A stretch of 63,496 nt of DNA, counting the filler, from Octopus bimaculoides (Eukaryota): the NCBI RefSeq assembly GCF_001194135.2. It is 6 parts of 6 records of this genome, joined end to end, with 100 filler letters (N's around TTAATTAATTAA, not from the genome) between each part and the next. Parts side by side here need not be neighbours in the genome. Positions count along the whole stretch, not along the records: positions 21,163 to 44,796 come from NC_068985.1; 5 more parts are not named here. One strand, given 5' to 3'. The position numbers and the translations under genes are program-made. This document shows, piece after piece, positions 24,196-36,879 of the stretch; position 1 is the stretch's first letter; each line of letters opens with the position of its first letter. The notes under the pieces were generated by a model. That model was not told the origin of the DNA and did no database searches. It was given only the letters and a program-made list of their open reading frames with translations.

Positions 24196-27100
24196 AGTAT
24201 TGATGGAGCTAGTATTTTATGATAGGATATCAAATAAATTAATATTTTCCCCTTTAATCAGAGAAGGAAGGACAGCACCCAGGAGCATTTTCAGAATTTC
24301 CAAGACTGCTCAGTGAAAAGAAGAAAGTTATCCTTAGATTGGCGACTATGAATATTTGTAATAGAAAGCACTTTCTATTACCAAGAATATGGTGGTAATG
24401 AAATATTGGCAAATAGGCTGAAGCAAAGTGAATAATTTATCTTGTTTAAATGTCTCACTAGATTTCAACATTATCACTATCTGTCAGCAGGAGATTATGG
24501 AATATACTGAAATCATTAGCATCATCAAGCAGTGTCCATTTTCCATGCTGCATGGGTTAGATTGTTTGACAGGAGTTGGTAAGCTGGAGAGCTGCACTGA
24601 GCTCCAGTTGTCTGTTTTGGTTTGGTTTCTATGGCTGGATGCCCTTCCTAATGCCAACCACTTTACAGAATGTACTAGATGTTTTTTACATGTCACTGGC
24701 ATGGGTGCCCTGTTATGTGTCGCTGTCATGGGTGCCTTTTACCTGTCACTGGCATGTAATGTACTAAAGGTATTTCACTGGGAGTATTGTGAATGTCACT
24801 TTAGCTAGAATTATTTAAGTAAAGACATCTCACCTTTGTCCACTGAATGGAAACAAACCTTACACCATAAAAATACAAATATTGAAGATTTTACATTAAT
24901 AGCACACATAGAGAGGGAGGAGTTTATAAGAGAAATCTTGTCACATTTCAGTTACTTGTGGCATAGTGTTGAAATCAAAGTTGCTAGCTTGTTGCAAGCC
25001 AACCGATCTGGGGTGCTTATTTTGCAAAGCCCTGGCTGGGCTTTGAATTACTGGTGCAGCACAGGAAATAATGGTAGCTACATTCTTTCACTGAAGACTT
25101 AGAGAAAACCACATGGTGGCTTTGGATAAAGAGGGTAGGTCTATGACTGCTGCTGATTTGTATGCTGGGATAGTCAACTGGGTCAGGGTGGGAGTGGGTC
25201 TAATGCTGAAAAAACCGAAACCCTATGATCCCAGTAATATTACTCATGGCAGCATCCTAGAAAAGCCAAGAGATGTATCAGTTTATTTACTGAAATTTAA
25301 CCCCCCCCCCCCAAAAAAAAAACATTGTTGTGGTAGAAATAGTCTACCAAGACTCCTTATATAACTCCATCTATTTATCTCTTGGGTTAAAATTCCAACT
25401 TTGTTTTCTTACAGAACTCAAATCTCATGTTCCATTAGATAAGGATCTTTTATTAATATAATTTAATAAAGACCCATGCCAGCATGGAACATGGGACATT
25501 AAATTAGGATGATGATGCTGATATATAAAATATGCTATTTTCTCTCTCCAAAATAATCATTGTTTTTATTAAAATTAGGGTGGTGGTAAGGGTTGGTTGT
25601 AAAATGTAGGTAAAGGGTCAGTAAAATAAAGTTAAGTTTTCTGCAATAAAGGTCCGACGTCTAAATTAGTGAGAACCCCCTGATGAAGACGCTGTTATTT
25701 GTTCCAGTAAGGACTTAGAAGGGAGATAATATGTTATTCAAGGGACATAAATATTTGTAAATGTGAAAGTTATTTTTCACATTGACTTCTATGCTGCGTA
25801 CGTATTATGTAACATAGAGGTCAATGTTACATAGAGGTCCATATTACGGCAAAATTTCAGGAACGCAACGCTTCCGTAATGCAGTGGATGCTTGTATATA
25901 TTGATAGTGTCTTTATAAATAACTTACAGAGGTGACGTCAGATTCTGAGAATGAGGCACTCACCTACACGCCTCAACCTCCATCCCCCACATGTGCTGTC
26001 TTTCCCTCTCTCTCTTTCTCTCTTTCCACTTTTTCTCATACTACTACAATCGTGTTCACTTGGGCATTCCTCGCTCGTCCACCCCCGCTCTCCAGAATGT
26101 GTTCTCTGAAATTACCTCTCCACCCATGTTTTTGCTGCAACTGTCAATTTGCAGTCAATAATATTCAAGACGAACATTAATGGCATCGATCTCACTGGTC
26201 TAGTAGAGTCTATGAGGGTCATGGGCAGAGCCCCTTCCAAAAACACAAAAGAAAGAATATTTTGTGATCTTGAAGTTATATTACAGGGAGGTAGTCTGGC
26301 AGTATTATTAGAGCATCAAACAAAATGCCTTGTAGTATTTTGTCAAATATGAGTCTAAATCAAGCTGAGATCAACTCTGCCTTTCATCCATCAGGGTGTT
26401 GATAAAAATTAAGCACCAGTCAAATACTGGGTTCCAATAAAGTACTAGTCAAGCACAGGGGGTCGACAAAACAAGGTACCAGAACTGGGAGGGACCAATA
26501 GAGTAAGGTACCAGTCATATATAAAAGTCAATAAAAATAAAGTAGTAGTCAAGTATTGGGTGGATTCTTCTCCCCTTTCATGGAATCAGCTATATATTGC
26601 AGTGTGAGGTTGGCGAGCTGGCAGAATCGTTAGCATGCTGGGCGAAATGCTTAGCGGTATNNNNNNNNNNNNNNNNNNNNNNNNNNNNNNNNNNNNNNNN
26701 NNNNNNNNNNNNNNNNNNNNNNNNNNNNNNNNNNNNNNNNNNNNNNNNNNNNNNNNNNNNNNNNNNNNNNNNNNNNNNNNNNNNNNNNNNNNNNNNNNNN
26801 NNNNNNNNNNNNNNNNNNNNNNNNNNNNNNNNNNNNNNNNNNNNNNNNNNNNNNNNNNNNNNNNNNNNNNNNNNNNNNNNNNNNNNNNNNNNNNNNNNNN
26901 NNNNNNNNNNNNNNNNNNNNNNNNNNNNNNNNNNNNNNNNNNNNNNNNNNNNNNNNNNNNNNNNNNNNNNNNNNNNNNNNNNNNNNNNNNNNNNNNNATA
27001 TATATATATATTGCAGTGTGAGAAGGGTCATAGGGAACCATACACAGTGTGTCTTTCTCCAAAAATAAAAGAGCAATATGTAATAGCATGGAACGGAAAT

Positions 27101-27704
27101 AAAGAAGACATGTACTGAGTTTAGATTTAATCAACTGTACCTTGTTAACTGGTCTTGTACCAATGTTAGATTTCAATATTATGAACGCAGAAATGATTGC
27201 ATGGTTAAAGTGTTCACTTTATCACCATGTATTTTCAATATGATCCCCTTGTCTTCTACCATGGTGCAATGCAATGGGACTGAACCCAAAACCATGTGGT
27301 TGGGAAGCAAGCTTTTCAACCAAGCAGCTACACTGTGATATAAACAACAGCAACAGTTCTCAGTGCCCCAGAGGGGAAAAAAAAACTTTTTGGTATCTCC
27401 CCACTGGTTAACAGGTATGGTAAGCCAGAGGAAATTTTTTACCCCTTCACACTCTAGCTTGGGAGCAACTGTCTTCCCTTACTACCCTCTCCTTGCTACA
27501 CACCTGATTGCAACTACCCTGATATCTCTACAACCAGTACAATAATCAAAATCGGTTGGAGTTTATTGGTATGAGGAATGGAAAGAGAAAGAAAAATGGA
27601 ATTAATTCTTCATAGATCTGGTTCTATGAAGAATCAATTTCTCTGAAAACATTTTATGTGGTTATTTTCATTTAACAGCCCTGTTTCCAGGAAGAATTTC
27701 TCTT

Positions 27705-27866
27705 TGAAGGAACTATAGTATTATTTTTCATTGAAGGAACTACTATTATTTCTCACTGAAGGAACTATTGTTATTTCTCACCGAAGGAACTATTCTTATT
27801 TCTTACAGAACAAAATCTATTTCTCATTTAAGGAACTGGTGTTATTTTCTACTGAAGGAGCTACTG
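27705..27866. repeat. Minisatellite, ~24-26-bp unit (TGAAGGAACTAxTxTTATTTCTCAC), ~6 degenerate copies
   Basis: GAAGGAACTA recurs at regular spacing. Confidence 0.75.
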
Positions 27867-28072
27867 TAAAATTAACCCATCATTTAGTATCTTATGCTAC
27901 TGACTTCAAATCTCCTCTTGTGGTTGTAGCTGGAAAGGGATGTATTCAAGCAGTTTCACTGTACTGCCCTAAATACAATACATAATGAGAATCTTCAGGG
28001 GCACATCATTAACTCAATGGTTTCCCATCCATCATTAAAGTATACTGTAGGAAGACAACTTTTGAAACTTAC

Positions 28073-28160
28073 TTCTGGTACCCTTCTTCTTGGATATGTA
28101 GTTCATTGGCAAGAGAGATACTGACTGGTTTCTTATCAGCATCTAGAAGACATTCAAAAT
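28073..28160 (-). CDS. FASTKD1: FASTKD1-like exon: D|FECLLDADKKPVSISLANELHIQEEGYQ|K
   Basis: Strong acceptor ttttttcttttag and donor gtaagt; 88 nt, phase 1 to 2. DFECLLDADKKP closely resembles FASTKD1 DFECILDKRKKP as recalled from the human protein. Confidence 0.9.
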
Positions 28161-29027
28161 CTAAAAGAAAAAAAAGAAAAAAGATCTCTCATTCTACTAA
28201 CCAGAAAATCAATAAGTCAGATGGCTATCTGTAGATGAGGCAATGGAGGCAAAATATAAGAGATCTTAGCAACTGAACACAACTGACGATATTAATAATT
28301 CTTTTCTAAACCAAGCATTAATTTTTTACTTGATTTCCAAAGTTATATACTTTAGTCGAAAGTATTAAAAAAAATATTTCTTTCTAATTTTGGTACAAGG
28401 CCAATAATTTTGAGAGAAAGGAGGAAGTTGATTGAATCAACCCCAGTATCTAACTGGTACTGGAGTTGTGTACTCAAGAAGACCTGCCCACAACAGAATT
28501 GAGATTCTAAAACCAAGGTGCAATGTAAAAAGCCCCTAGTACTTTCGTGGCGATAGGGAATGCATTCAGCTGTAGAAACCAAGCCTAAACGGACTATAGA
28601 ACCTGGTGTAGCCCTTGGCCTTGCCTGCTCCTTCAAGCCACCCAATCCATGCCAGCATGGAAAAAGGATGTTAAAGGATGATCTCAAAAGGATGAAAGGC
28701 AACACTGACCGCAGAGGGATTTAATATATTAAAAAATATAAGAGAAATTATATTATTGGCATTACTGAATAATCCTTTCACTGGTTCCAGTCAGGTGGTG
28801 AGACCATATAATGTTGAATAAATTTTCACTTTATAAATTTGTCAGTAAACAGGATTTCCTTCTGTTTCAGATGTATTCTCTACATGATGCATTAACCTTA
28901 AACATATGAATAAAAATGGAGCTCTGTGTGGTCATTTAATCTATTAGAAATAGTAGTAAAAACTCTCTTAAAAATAGAAGCACAACTTTCACAATGTAGC
29001 CTATAAAAAATAAAATGTGAGAATCAT

Positions 29028-29282
29028 GGGTGGAAAGCCTCTAATCATAGCTCTGCTTAACTAGAGGTGACTTATGGATGAACAATGTCCACTTTAACCC
29101 TTTCATGAATATATTTCTAACATAATACTCTGCGTATTTGTTAATTCATTTTGTGAGGATCGGGGGTGGAAAGCCTCTGATCAAAGTTCTGCTTAACTAG
29201 AGGTGACTTATGGATGAACAACATCCACCTTAACCCTTTCGTGAATATATTTCTAATAGAATACTCTGCCTATCTGTTAATT
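29028..29282. repeat. Tandem duplication of a ~135-bp unit
   Basis: GGGTGGAAAGCCTCT...CTGCTTAACTAGAGGTGACTTATGGATGAACAA...TTAACCCTTTC occurs at ~29028 and ~29163. Confidence 0.85.
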
Positions 29283-29649
29283 TTGTTGCCTATCTGCATG
29301 GATTTTTATCTTTTATTTGTTTCAGTCACTGGACTGGATCCTTGCTGATGCACCACTTTCAAGGGTTTTAGTTGAACAAACTGACTCTAGTATTTATTTT
29401 AAAAATCTGGTACTTATTCTAGCAGTTTCTCTTGCCAAATTGCTGCAATATAGGGACATAACACACCAACATTGGTTATCAAAAAGTGGTGGTGGGACAA
29501 ACACAAAGCCACACACACACACACAATGGGTTTCTTTCAGGTTCCGTTTGTCAAATCTACTCTCAAGGCTTTTTTTCATTTATTGGTATTTAAACATTGA
29601 CTTAATAAAAAGTTCTTGCATAAAATTATGATGGAAGTTTTTCATTTAA

Positions 29650-29867
29650 CCCTTTAGCATTTAAACTGGCCATATCTGGTCAAAATATTCTACTGATTTT
29701 ATGTAAAAACTGGCCATATCCAGTTTTTCAACCTACCCTACAATGTTAATCTAAAAATAAACAAGCACATAATCAAAATCTCAAGGCTACAAGATAATGC
29801 AATATATATTCAAAACAATGTAACTAAATGACCATTACATTTGGTGGAGTAATCTGAATGCTAAAGG
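29650..29867. mobile_element. piggyBac-type MITE (TTAA flanks, CCCTTTAGCATT TIR)
   Basis: TTAA|CCCTTTAGCATT ... AATGCTAAAGG|TTAA. Confidence 0.65.
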
Positions 29868-30464
29868 TTAAATACGAACACTTTGAAATAGGTAGTTTTG
29901 TATTACAGAACCAAAGTGGTCTTAGGCATGTTTGTCAGAAAAGGGTTAAACATATTCCTATAAAATGGATGAATGATTTACATCATGAAATTTAATAAAG
30001 ATAATTGAATTAATATTAATGAGGAAACTAAGGCGGTGAGCTGGCAGAAATCGTTAGTATGTCAGGCAAAATGCTTAGCAGAATTTTGCCTGTCTTTCGT
30101 TCTGAGTTCAAATTCTGCTGAGGTCGACTTTGCCTTTCATCCTTTTGGGGATGATAAAATAAGTATCAGTTGATTCCCAAGGTCAATGTAACTGACTTAG
30201 CCCCACCCCTGAAAAAGTTGGCCCTCTGTGCCAAAATTCGAAACCAATATTAGTGAGAAAATTGGCAAGTTATATCCATGATTTGATTTCAATTTCTAGT
30301 TGAAATTATTTCACATCATTTAATGAAAACAATGTTCCAGTAATTACCTTAAATGTAGTGTCTAAAACCAACTGAAGAACTTGTGTTTCTGATATACTTG
30401 GCTAAGAATGCATGGATGTCATTAAATTCGTATTTTCTTTTTATCTACAAACGTAAACTTATAT

Positions 30465-30745
30465 CATCATCATCATCATCGTTTAACGTCCGCTTTCCAT
30501 GCTAGCATGGGTTGGACGATTTGACTGAGGACTGGTGAAACCCAATGGTTACACCAGGCTCCAATCTGATTTGGCTGAGTTTCTACAGCTGGATGCCCTT
30601 CCTAACGCCAACCACTTCGTGAGTGTAGTGGGTGCTTTTACGTGTCACCGGCATGAAGGCCAGTCAGGCAGTACTGGCAACGGCCACGCTCAAAATGGTG
30701 TATTTTATGTGCCATCTGCACAAAAGCCAGTCCAGGCGCACCCAT
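30465..30745 (-). mobile_element. SINE family D with an (ATG)n tail (CATCAT on the plus strand)
   Basis: CATCATCATCGTTTAACGTCCGCTTTCCATGC...CTACAGCTGGATGCCCTTCCTAACGCCAACC. Near-identical copy at 44557-44796; diverged copies at about 24540-24760, 28520-28680, 33870-34160 and 36130-36260. Confidence 0.75.
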
Positions 30746-30831
30746 ATGTAATTATAATTAATGTTGCAACAACAAGAACTGTGTAGGCTTTTGTCAAAAT
30801 TGACTGACAGTGAGAAATGTGAGAGATTTAA

Positions 30832-31029
30832 CCCTTTTGATATCAACCTATATAAGACTGACCCTTTATTCTAGTGATATAAACTAAAACTTTCCATCAA
30901 AGTTAGTTAATTTTTGTTTTAAACACCAGCTGAGTAATGACAAAGACATTTTACTAAATTCTTCCATAATTTTAAGAATTAACTAAAGTAAAGCCAATGT
31001 ATTTTAACAGAAATATGGTAAGAAAAGGG
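30832..31029. mobile_element. piggyBac-type MITE (CCCTTTT TIR)
   Basis: TTAA|CCCTTTTGATA ... TGGTAAGAAAAGGG|TAAC. The right TTAA is mutated. Confidence 0.55.
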
Positions 31030-31190
31030 TAACTGAAGATTGTGAAATAAATATACTTTGGCTGAGGACAGTCTATCTTAAAGGGAAATTATCAAACATA
31101 GAAAAACAAGAATACCATCTTGATCATCATTCACCCAACATCCTTGTAGCCCTACATTCAAAATGACAGCAATAAAATGTAACTACTTAC

Positions 31191-31304
31191 CAAGTACAAA
31201 GAAATAAGGAGTAAATGCTGAAGCTCTGTAAAACTTTGAACTGCCAAGAGCCTCTTTCAAAGCTGATTCTATTTCATGGTGAATCCAGGATTCATTATAT
31301 TTAT
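31191..31304 (-). CDS. FASTKD1: FASTKD1-like exon: D|KYNESWIHHEIESALKEALGSSKFYRASAFTPYFFVL|D
   Basis: Acceptor ctttacag and donor G|gtaagt; 114 nt, phase 1 to 1. L.E.LG......S..TPY is the FASTK block that precedes DFE. Confidence 0.9.
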
Positions 31305-31723
31305 CTGTAAAGATTTACAATATTTATGAAGCATGTTAATTACTGTCATCATTATTGTCATAGTTGTTTTAATGCTCACTTTTTCATGCTTGCATTGAGT
31401 GAATTTCTATGGCCAGATGCCTTTCCTGTCACCAACCTTCACCTGTTTCCAAGCAAAGTAATATTTCCCTGTGGCCAGACTTATTTTCACAGAAGACTGA
31501 AAATGCAGGACACTGCTTGTATGACAGTGACACTCATTTACAACTATTATGCGATGACAAAACAAGGAAACAATTATACATGCACACAGACACACATGCA
31601 TAGGAAACAAGAGTTGAATAAGATAGAATATCTTTTATATTGGTGAGAAGAATTATATTTAAGCTTTTATAAATACCAAATTAAAGTTTCAAAGCAAAAA
31701 AAAAAAAAAAAAAAAAAGAATAC

Positions 31724-31852
31724 CTCTACTCATAGTCTTTTGACAAAATTCTTCATGGAACCAAGGGATATCAAGATGTGGGCATTCTAAGACAACACAA
31801 CGGTTTAGTAGCATGAGACTCATCTTGATATTCTGTTGACTTTGAGGATGTG
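31724..31852 (-). CDS. FASTKD1: FASTKD1-like exon (FAST region): S|HPQSQQNIKMSLMLLNRCVVLECPHLDIPWFHEEFCQKTMSR
   Basis: Acceptor ttttattgtag and donor G|gtattc; 129 nt, phase 1 to 1. LNRCVVLECP..DIPWFH..FCQ matches FASTKD1 LNRSVCLECPEFQIPWFHDRFCQ (recalled). Confidence 0.92.
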
Positions 31853-32524
31853 CTACAATAAAATAAGAACATTAGCTTATAAGCAGTGTATTGAGTGTTA
31901 CATTGGTAAATATTGATTGAAGTATTTATTATCTTCAAAGTGAGGTTAATGGGTTGATCAATGTCATCAAGTTGATGCTAAATTAATAAAGACTTTATAA
32001 CAAACATTTAATTAAAATAGATGAGACAATGAGGGAGCCCTTACATGGTTGTTTGACTTGGTAGAAAAGCAGTCAATTAGCCCTTGAATTATATTCTACT
32101 TTTTAAGGAAATGAAGGACACTGGAGGATGTAGTCCTAGATACACTATGCCTGAATAAAAGTGTTATATCCTTATGGATAAAGAAATACACTGCAACAGT
32201 GCAATGACAATATAATTGAAGCAAATGGCAGTAACCACACAGAATGTAACAACAGTCTTTTAAGAACCAACAATCCAACACGCTAACTCAAACTGTAAAC
32301 TTTGAACTCCAACTTTGAACTAGCATGATGATTTTATTCAAACCACAAGGGTTAAACAAAGAGGGGACAATACATGGGACAAATAGGGTCAGGGACTTAT
32401 TGAATGATATTACATATATGAATAAATACATAATAATTTTGGATGAAAGTGAAAAGAAAATGAATGGACGCGGAATCAGTTTGACCCCACCAACCACATT
32501 CCTGCATTGAACTGTTTACTTCAT

Positions 32525-33540
32525 CCCTTTTTTTTACTCTGCTTAATTAGGCATTTACATACCCAACATTCGGGCTACTTTCTTCCATCTTCTTTTGTAC
32601 TTTTTTGACATCAGGCATTTCTTCTCCAGACATGCTTTCCCTCTTAGGTGATACAAAAAGAGGTTAACCAAAGCATGCCTGGAGATGAAGGTGTCTGATG
32701 CAATACCTCTTCCATGTATCTTCCATATCACCTCTTTCGCTATAGCGATTATGGCTAGAAAGCAGAATTTCTCTTCTCCTTTTAGAGGAGATGGTGGAAC
32801 GATTTTAATAATTGATTCGGCTGACAGCTGTATTTTCCCCAGCTGTGACAGTACCCGTTCGGTAGAAAACCACAGATCTGAGAGACTTGGACACTATACG
32901 ATTGCATGCAGAACAGTTTCGTTGCTCTGCCCGCAATGTGGGCATGTAGGCAACACTGTGATGCCATGCCTCGTGTGTTTATCCTGAACTGGCAAGGCAC
33001 TTCAGAAGCACAGCTGGGCCAAGGAGTAAAATCTTTCAATGCAGGTTGGCAAGCTGACTTTCATTGAAACCTAGAGTCTCCTCTAGGCTGTCATCACACT
33101 TGCCCTCTATAGTATGCCAAGGTGGTACCCCTGCCACTGGCATTGCTCATTTGGGAGAGAAGCATGAATGCCTGTCGACACTCTTCTTGCCAAGCTCCCA
33201 GCCTTGGTCTATGCCTGATCCAGCATTCCAGTTCACCAAAAGAGGTGAACTTGGGAAATATCTCGTCAATGAACAGATACCACACCTGCTCACTGTCCAG
33301 ATGGTGCCAGAGATGCCTCAACCTTAGCGCAGCTTTAGCCACAGCAGCCCTAACCCACTCTTCAGCAGCTGTTGGCAGCAGATAGAGTGCCTTACAAGAA
33401 GCTGCCTGCCCTCCCACAAGTGGTGTCATTAAACCAGACAACAGGTTAAATCTACCATACAAGTAGACTCTGCTAATGGTACCCAAGGGCCAGGTAATCA
33501 CAAGTTCAATTTCAGAGGAACTGACTTTGTTCTTCATCTT
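32525..33540 (-). mobile_element. L1/Tx1-like non-LTR retrotransposon 3' fragment
   Basis: Minus frames include ...ALRLRHLW..., the cysteine-rich motif CPHCGQSNETVLHAIV*CP (CxxC-x7-H-x4-C) and IAKEVIWK, typical of L1-clade ORF2 C-termini. Stops and frameshifts are present. Confidence 0.7.
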
Positions 33541-34314
33541 TCAAGGCTCAGTAAATTAAATCACAGTGAGATATTGGAGTGAATTCTGTGTAGAAGTCTG
33601 TCTTGCCTACATACCCTCTCCTCAGATATACATATCTGTGTGTGTGTGTGTGTGTGCGTGTTTATATTGTAGAGAGATAAATATAATGACAAGACATTGC
33701 CAACACTATCAGTGATTTGAACAAAAATACCTTGTAACATATATTCCACTCAAGTTCTTACAGACATTTCCTTGTCAAAGTCATCATCAGAATTACTGTA
33801 AACTACAATGAATTTACAGTGACTGGGCCATAGGAGACTGGAATCAATGATGATATTGTTCACATCATCCTCATCATCAACATTTTATGTCTGTTTTCCA
33901 TGCTCGTTGGATGGCTTGACAAAAACTGGCAACACCAGGGGCTGCACCAGGTTCCATAGTCTGTTTTGGTTTAGTTTCTACAGCTGGATGCCCTTTCTAA
34001 CACCAACCACTTTACAAAGCACCCAGTGCTTTGTATGTGGCACCATCACCAGTGCTTTTTATGTGGCACCAGCATCAGTGAATTTTATGTGGCACAGCAC
34101 CAGTGCTTTTTTAAGTAGCACCAGTACACACATCAAAGCTTTTTACGTGTCACCATAAAATGATAAAAATTATATAAAAATATAGTGAACAACTCAAATA
34201 TTAGGTAATAAACTTGTTTTCATGGAACTTACACTAAGAAAGCGAAAAATGAATCTCAATTTTCAGAAAAATATGAAAATGAAGTAAAAAAGAGAAAACT
34301 AAAGTTCAACTTAC

Positions 34315-34624
34315 AACCAATATATTCATCAATTTTTTCAATGAATTCATATGAGAATAACTTTGAGAGCCACCCGTCGATAAAAATCTGTAATTTGCAC
34401 AGATCATTGGTAAACTTCAGTTGTCTAGGTAAATCTGCTTTCATGATGTGCCTCTCTAGTTGTCTTTCACATAAACTTTCAAATTCATCAAATAGTTTAG
34501 GATGGAATCCCAGGTAAGAAATAACATGGACAAAATTACTGAAATCAGAGAAGTTAACTGTGTCTTCATGGTTCAGTAAATATTCAGTCATTTTGTTTAG
34601 GACATCAGGCTGGATGTACTTCAC
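34315..34624 (-). CDS. FASTKD1: FASTKD1-like exon: VKYIQPDVLNKMTEYLLNHED...LSKLFSYEFIEKIDEYIG
   Basis: Acceptor tattggcag and donor T|gtaagt; 310 nt, phase 0 to 1, open throughout. L.YLGFHP and LF..EF...LD positions resemble the FAST_1 region. Confidence 0.88.
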
Positions 34625-36291
34625 CTGCCAATACACAATAAAACATATATATATAGATACATATACACATAAGCATACACACATACACCATAAGTATCCA
34701 TTACACTTTGGAGTGGTTGGCATTAGGAAGGGTATCCAGCCGAAGAAACCATACCAAATCAGACTGGAGTCTGGTGCAACCCCTCAGCTTACCAGCCCTG
34801 GTTAAACTGTCCAACCCATACCAGCATGGACAATGTACACTAAATGATGATGATGATAATGATATATAATAACAATAATCCTTGGATAGAATTTACTAAC
34901 ATTTAATGCATTGCTATGCTCGTTTCCACAAATCACACGTCTCTTAAGATACACACAAATCCATGTATGTATGCATATGTATGTATGTATATCATGTGAT
35001 CACATGACCGACCAGGCTATCAGATGTTGTTATACATCACTGGTAACAATGAACTTTTGCATTGTTTTAGCCTTCAAATGGTGCCACCCAGCTGGCTTGG
35101 TGAGCAGGCCAACAATCCCCACTGATCAAAGGGGGACTGGAGCAATGAAGTGCTTTGCTCAAGAACACACGCCGCCCAGTCAGGTAATTGAACCTACAAT
35201 CTAGCAATCACGATGCAACAGCCTAACCACTAGGCCATGTGCCTTCACACACAAACATATATCTGGGGGGTGGGGGTGGGGGGGTGTATGTAGGCAAGCC
35301 AGGTACAGACATGGCTGTGTGGTTAAAAAGTTTACTTCATAATCATGTAGTTTTGGGTTCAGTCCTACGGCATGATACTTTGTGCCAGTATCTTCTATTA
35401 CAGCCCTGGGCCAACCAAATTCTTGAGTGAATTTAGTAGACGGAAACTGAATAGAAGCTTGTCATTTCCATGTGTAGGTGTGTCTTCATCTTGACACTGA
35501 TGTTAATTGTAAATAAACATCACTGTCATACATGTGATGCTGTTTGTTTGTAATTTTTTATAGATTGAAACAAGTAAAGGTTGGTGGCAGGAAGAGCATC
35601 TGGTCATTGAAAATCTGCCTCAATGAATTACATCTGACTCATGTGAGCATGTAGAAGTAGATGTTAAAATGATAATGATTAGAGCACCAAAATTAAATAT
35701 TGCCATAGTCAACTTAGTTTTTGATCTGTCCAGCTTCATATAGGTAACAGTAATAATATATCAGTGTGAAATTAATTGACTATTCACATTTTCCTACAAA
35801 AATTACCCTCCACCCTTTCATCCCTATATAAAGGAGCACTCCATTGGTTATGACGACGAGGGTCCCAGCTGATATGATCAACGGAACAGCTTGCTTGTGA
35901 AATTAACGTGCAAGTGGCTGAGTATTCCACTGACATGTGTACCCTTAATGTAGTTCTCAGGGAGATTCAGCGTGACACAGAGTGTGACAAGGCTGGCCCT
36001 TTGAAACGCAGGTACTACTCATTTTTGCCAGCTGAGTGGACTGGAGCAATGTGAAATAAAGTGTCTTGCTCAAGAACACAATGCATCATCCCTATATGAG
36101 AGAAATCATCACCATTAGTTAATGTCTGTTTGCCATGCTGGAATGGGTTGGATGGTTTGATTGGAGCTGGCAAGGCAGAGGGTTGCACCAAACTCCAGTT
36201 GTCTATTTTGGCATGGTTTCTACAGCTGAATGCCCTTCCTAATGCTAACCCCTTTAGTGAGTGTAGTTACTTGCCACATTTACTCCCATAC

Positions 36292-36674
36292 ACTCCATAA
36301 AATACGACGACGAGGGGTTCCAGTTGATCCGATCAACGGAACAGCATGCTCGTGAAATTTACGTGCAAGTGGCTGAGCACTCCACAGACACGTGTGCCCC
36401 TTAACGTAGTTCTTGGGGAGATTCAGCGTGACACAGAGTGTGACAAGGCTGGCCCTTTGAATTACAGGCATAACAGAAACAGGAAAAAAGAGTAAGAGAA
36501 AATTGTGGTGAAAGAGTACAGCAGGGTTCTCCACCATCCATCCCCTGCCGGAGCCTCGTGGAACTTCAGGTGTTTTCGTTCAATAAACACTCACAACACC
36601 CGGTCTGGGAACCGGAACTGCGACCCTACAACTGTGAGTCCGCTGTCCTAACCACTGGGCCATTGCACCTCCAC
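36292..36674 (-). mobile_element. tRNA-derived SINE, family C, with an 11-bp TSD (ACTCCCATACA)
   Basis: Reverse complement of the 57274-57650 element. The TSD is at 36282 and 36675. Partial copies lie at 18128-18260 and 35840-36000. Confidence 0.85.
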
Positions 36675-36879
36675 ACTCCCATACAATATCATCTCCAATA
36701 TGATATGACCTCCAATATTTATACCTAAATATCTGATATATGTTTTCTATTTTTTTACACTTGAGTATGCTGTTGACCTTCCCCCTCCCTGCACTAATTT
36801 TGACCTTGATGTTTGATATTAAATTTGTCTGACACCTCCCCACCACCATATCCTCCTCTTTTCATGTTGGGTTAGCCAT

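Noticed and set aside
25678-25715. CTGATGAAGAC..CTG..CAG(T) hammerhead half
   Set aside because: The GAAA half is absent; too degenerate to call.
27705-27866. Regularly spaced repeats as a CRISPR array (also 34020-34160)
   Set aside because: The context is eukaryotic, the units are degenerate and contiguous without unique spacers, and there are no cas genes. The 34020-34160 repeat is part of a SINE-D body.
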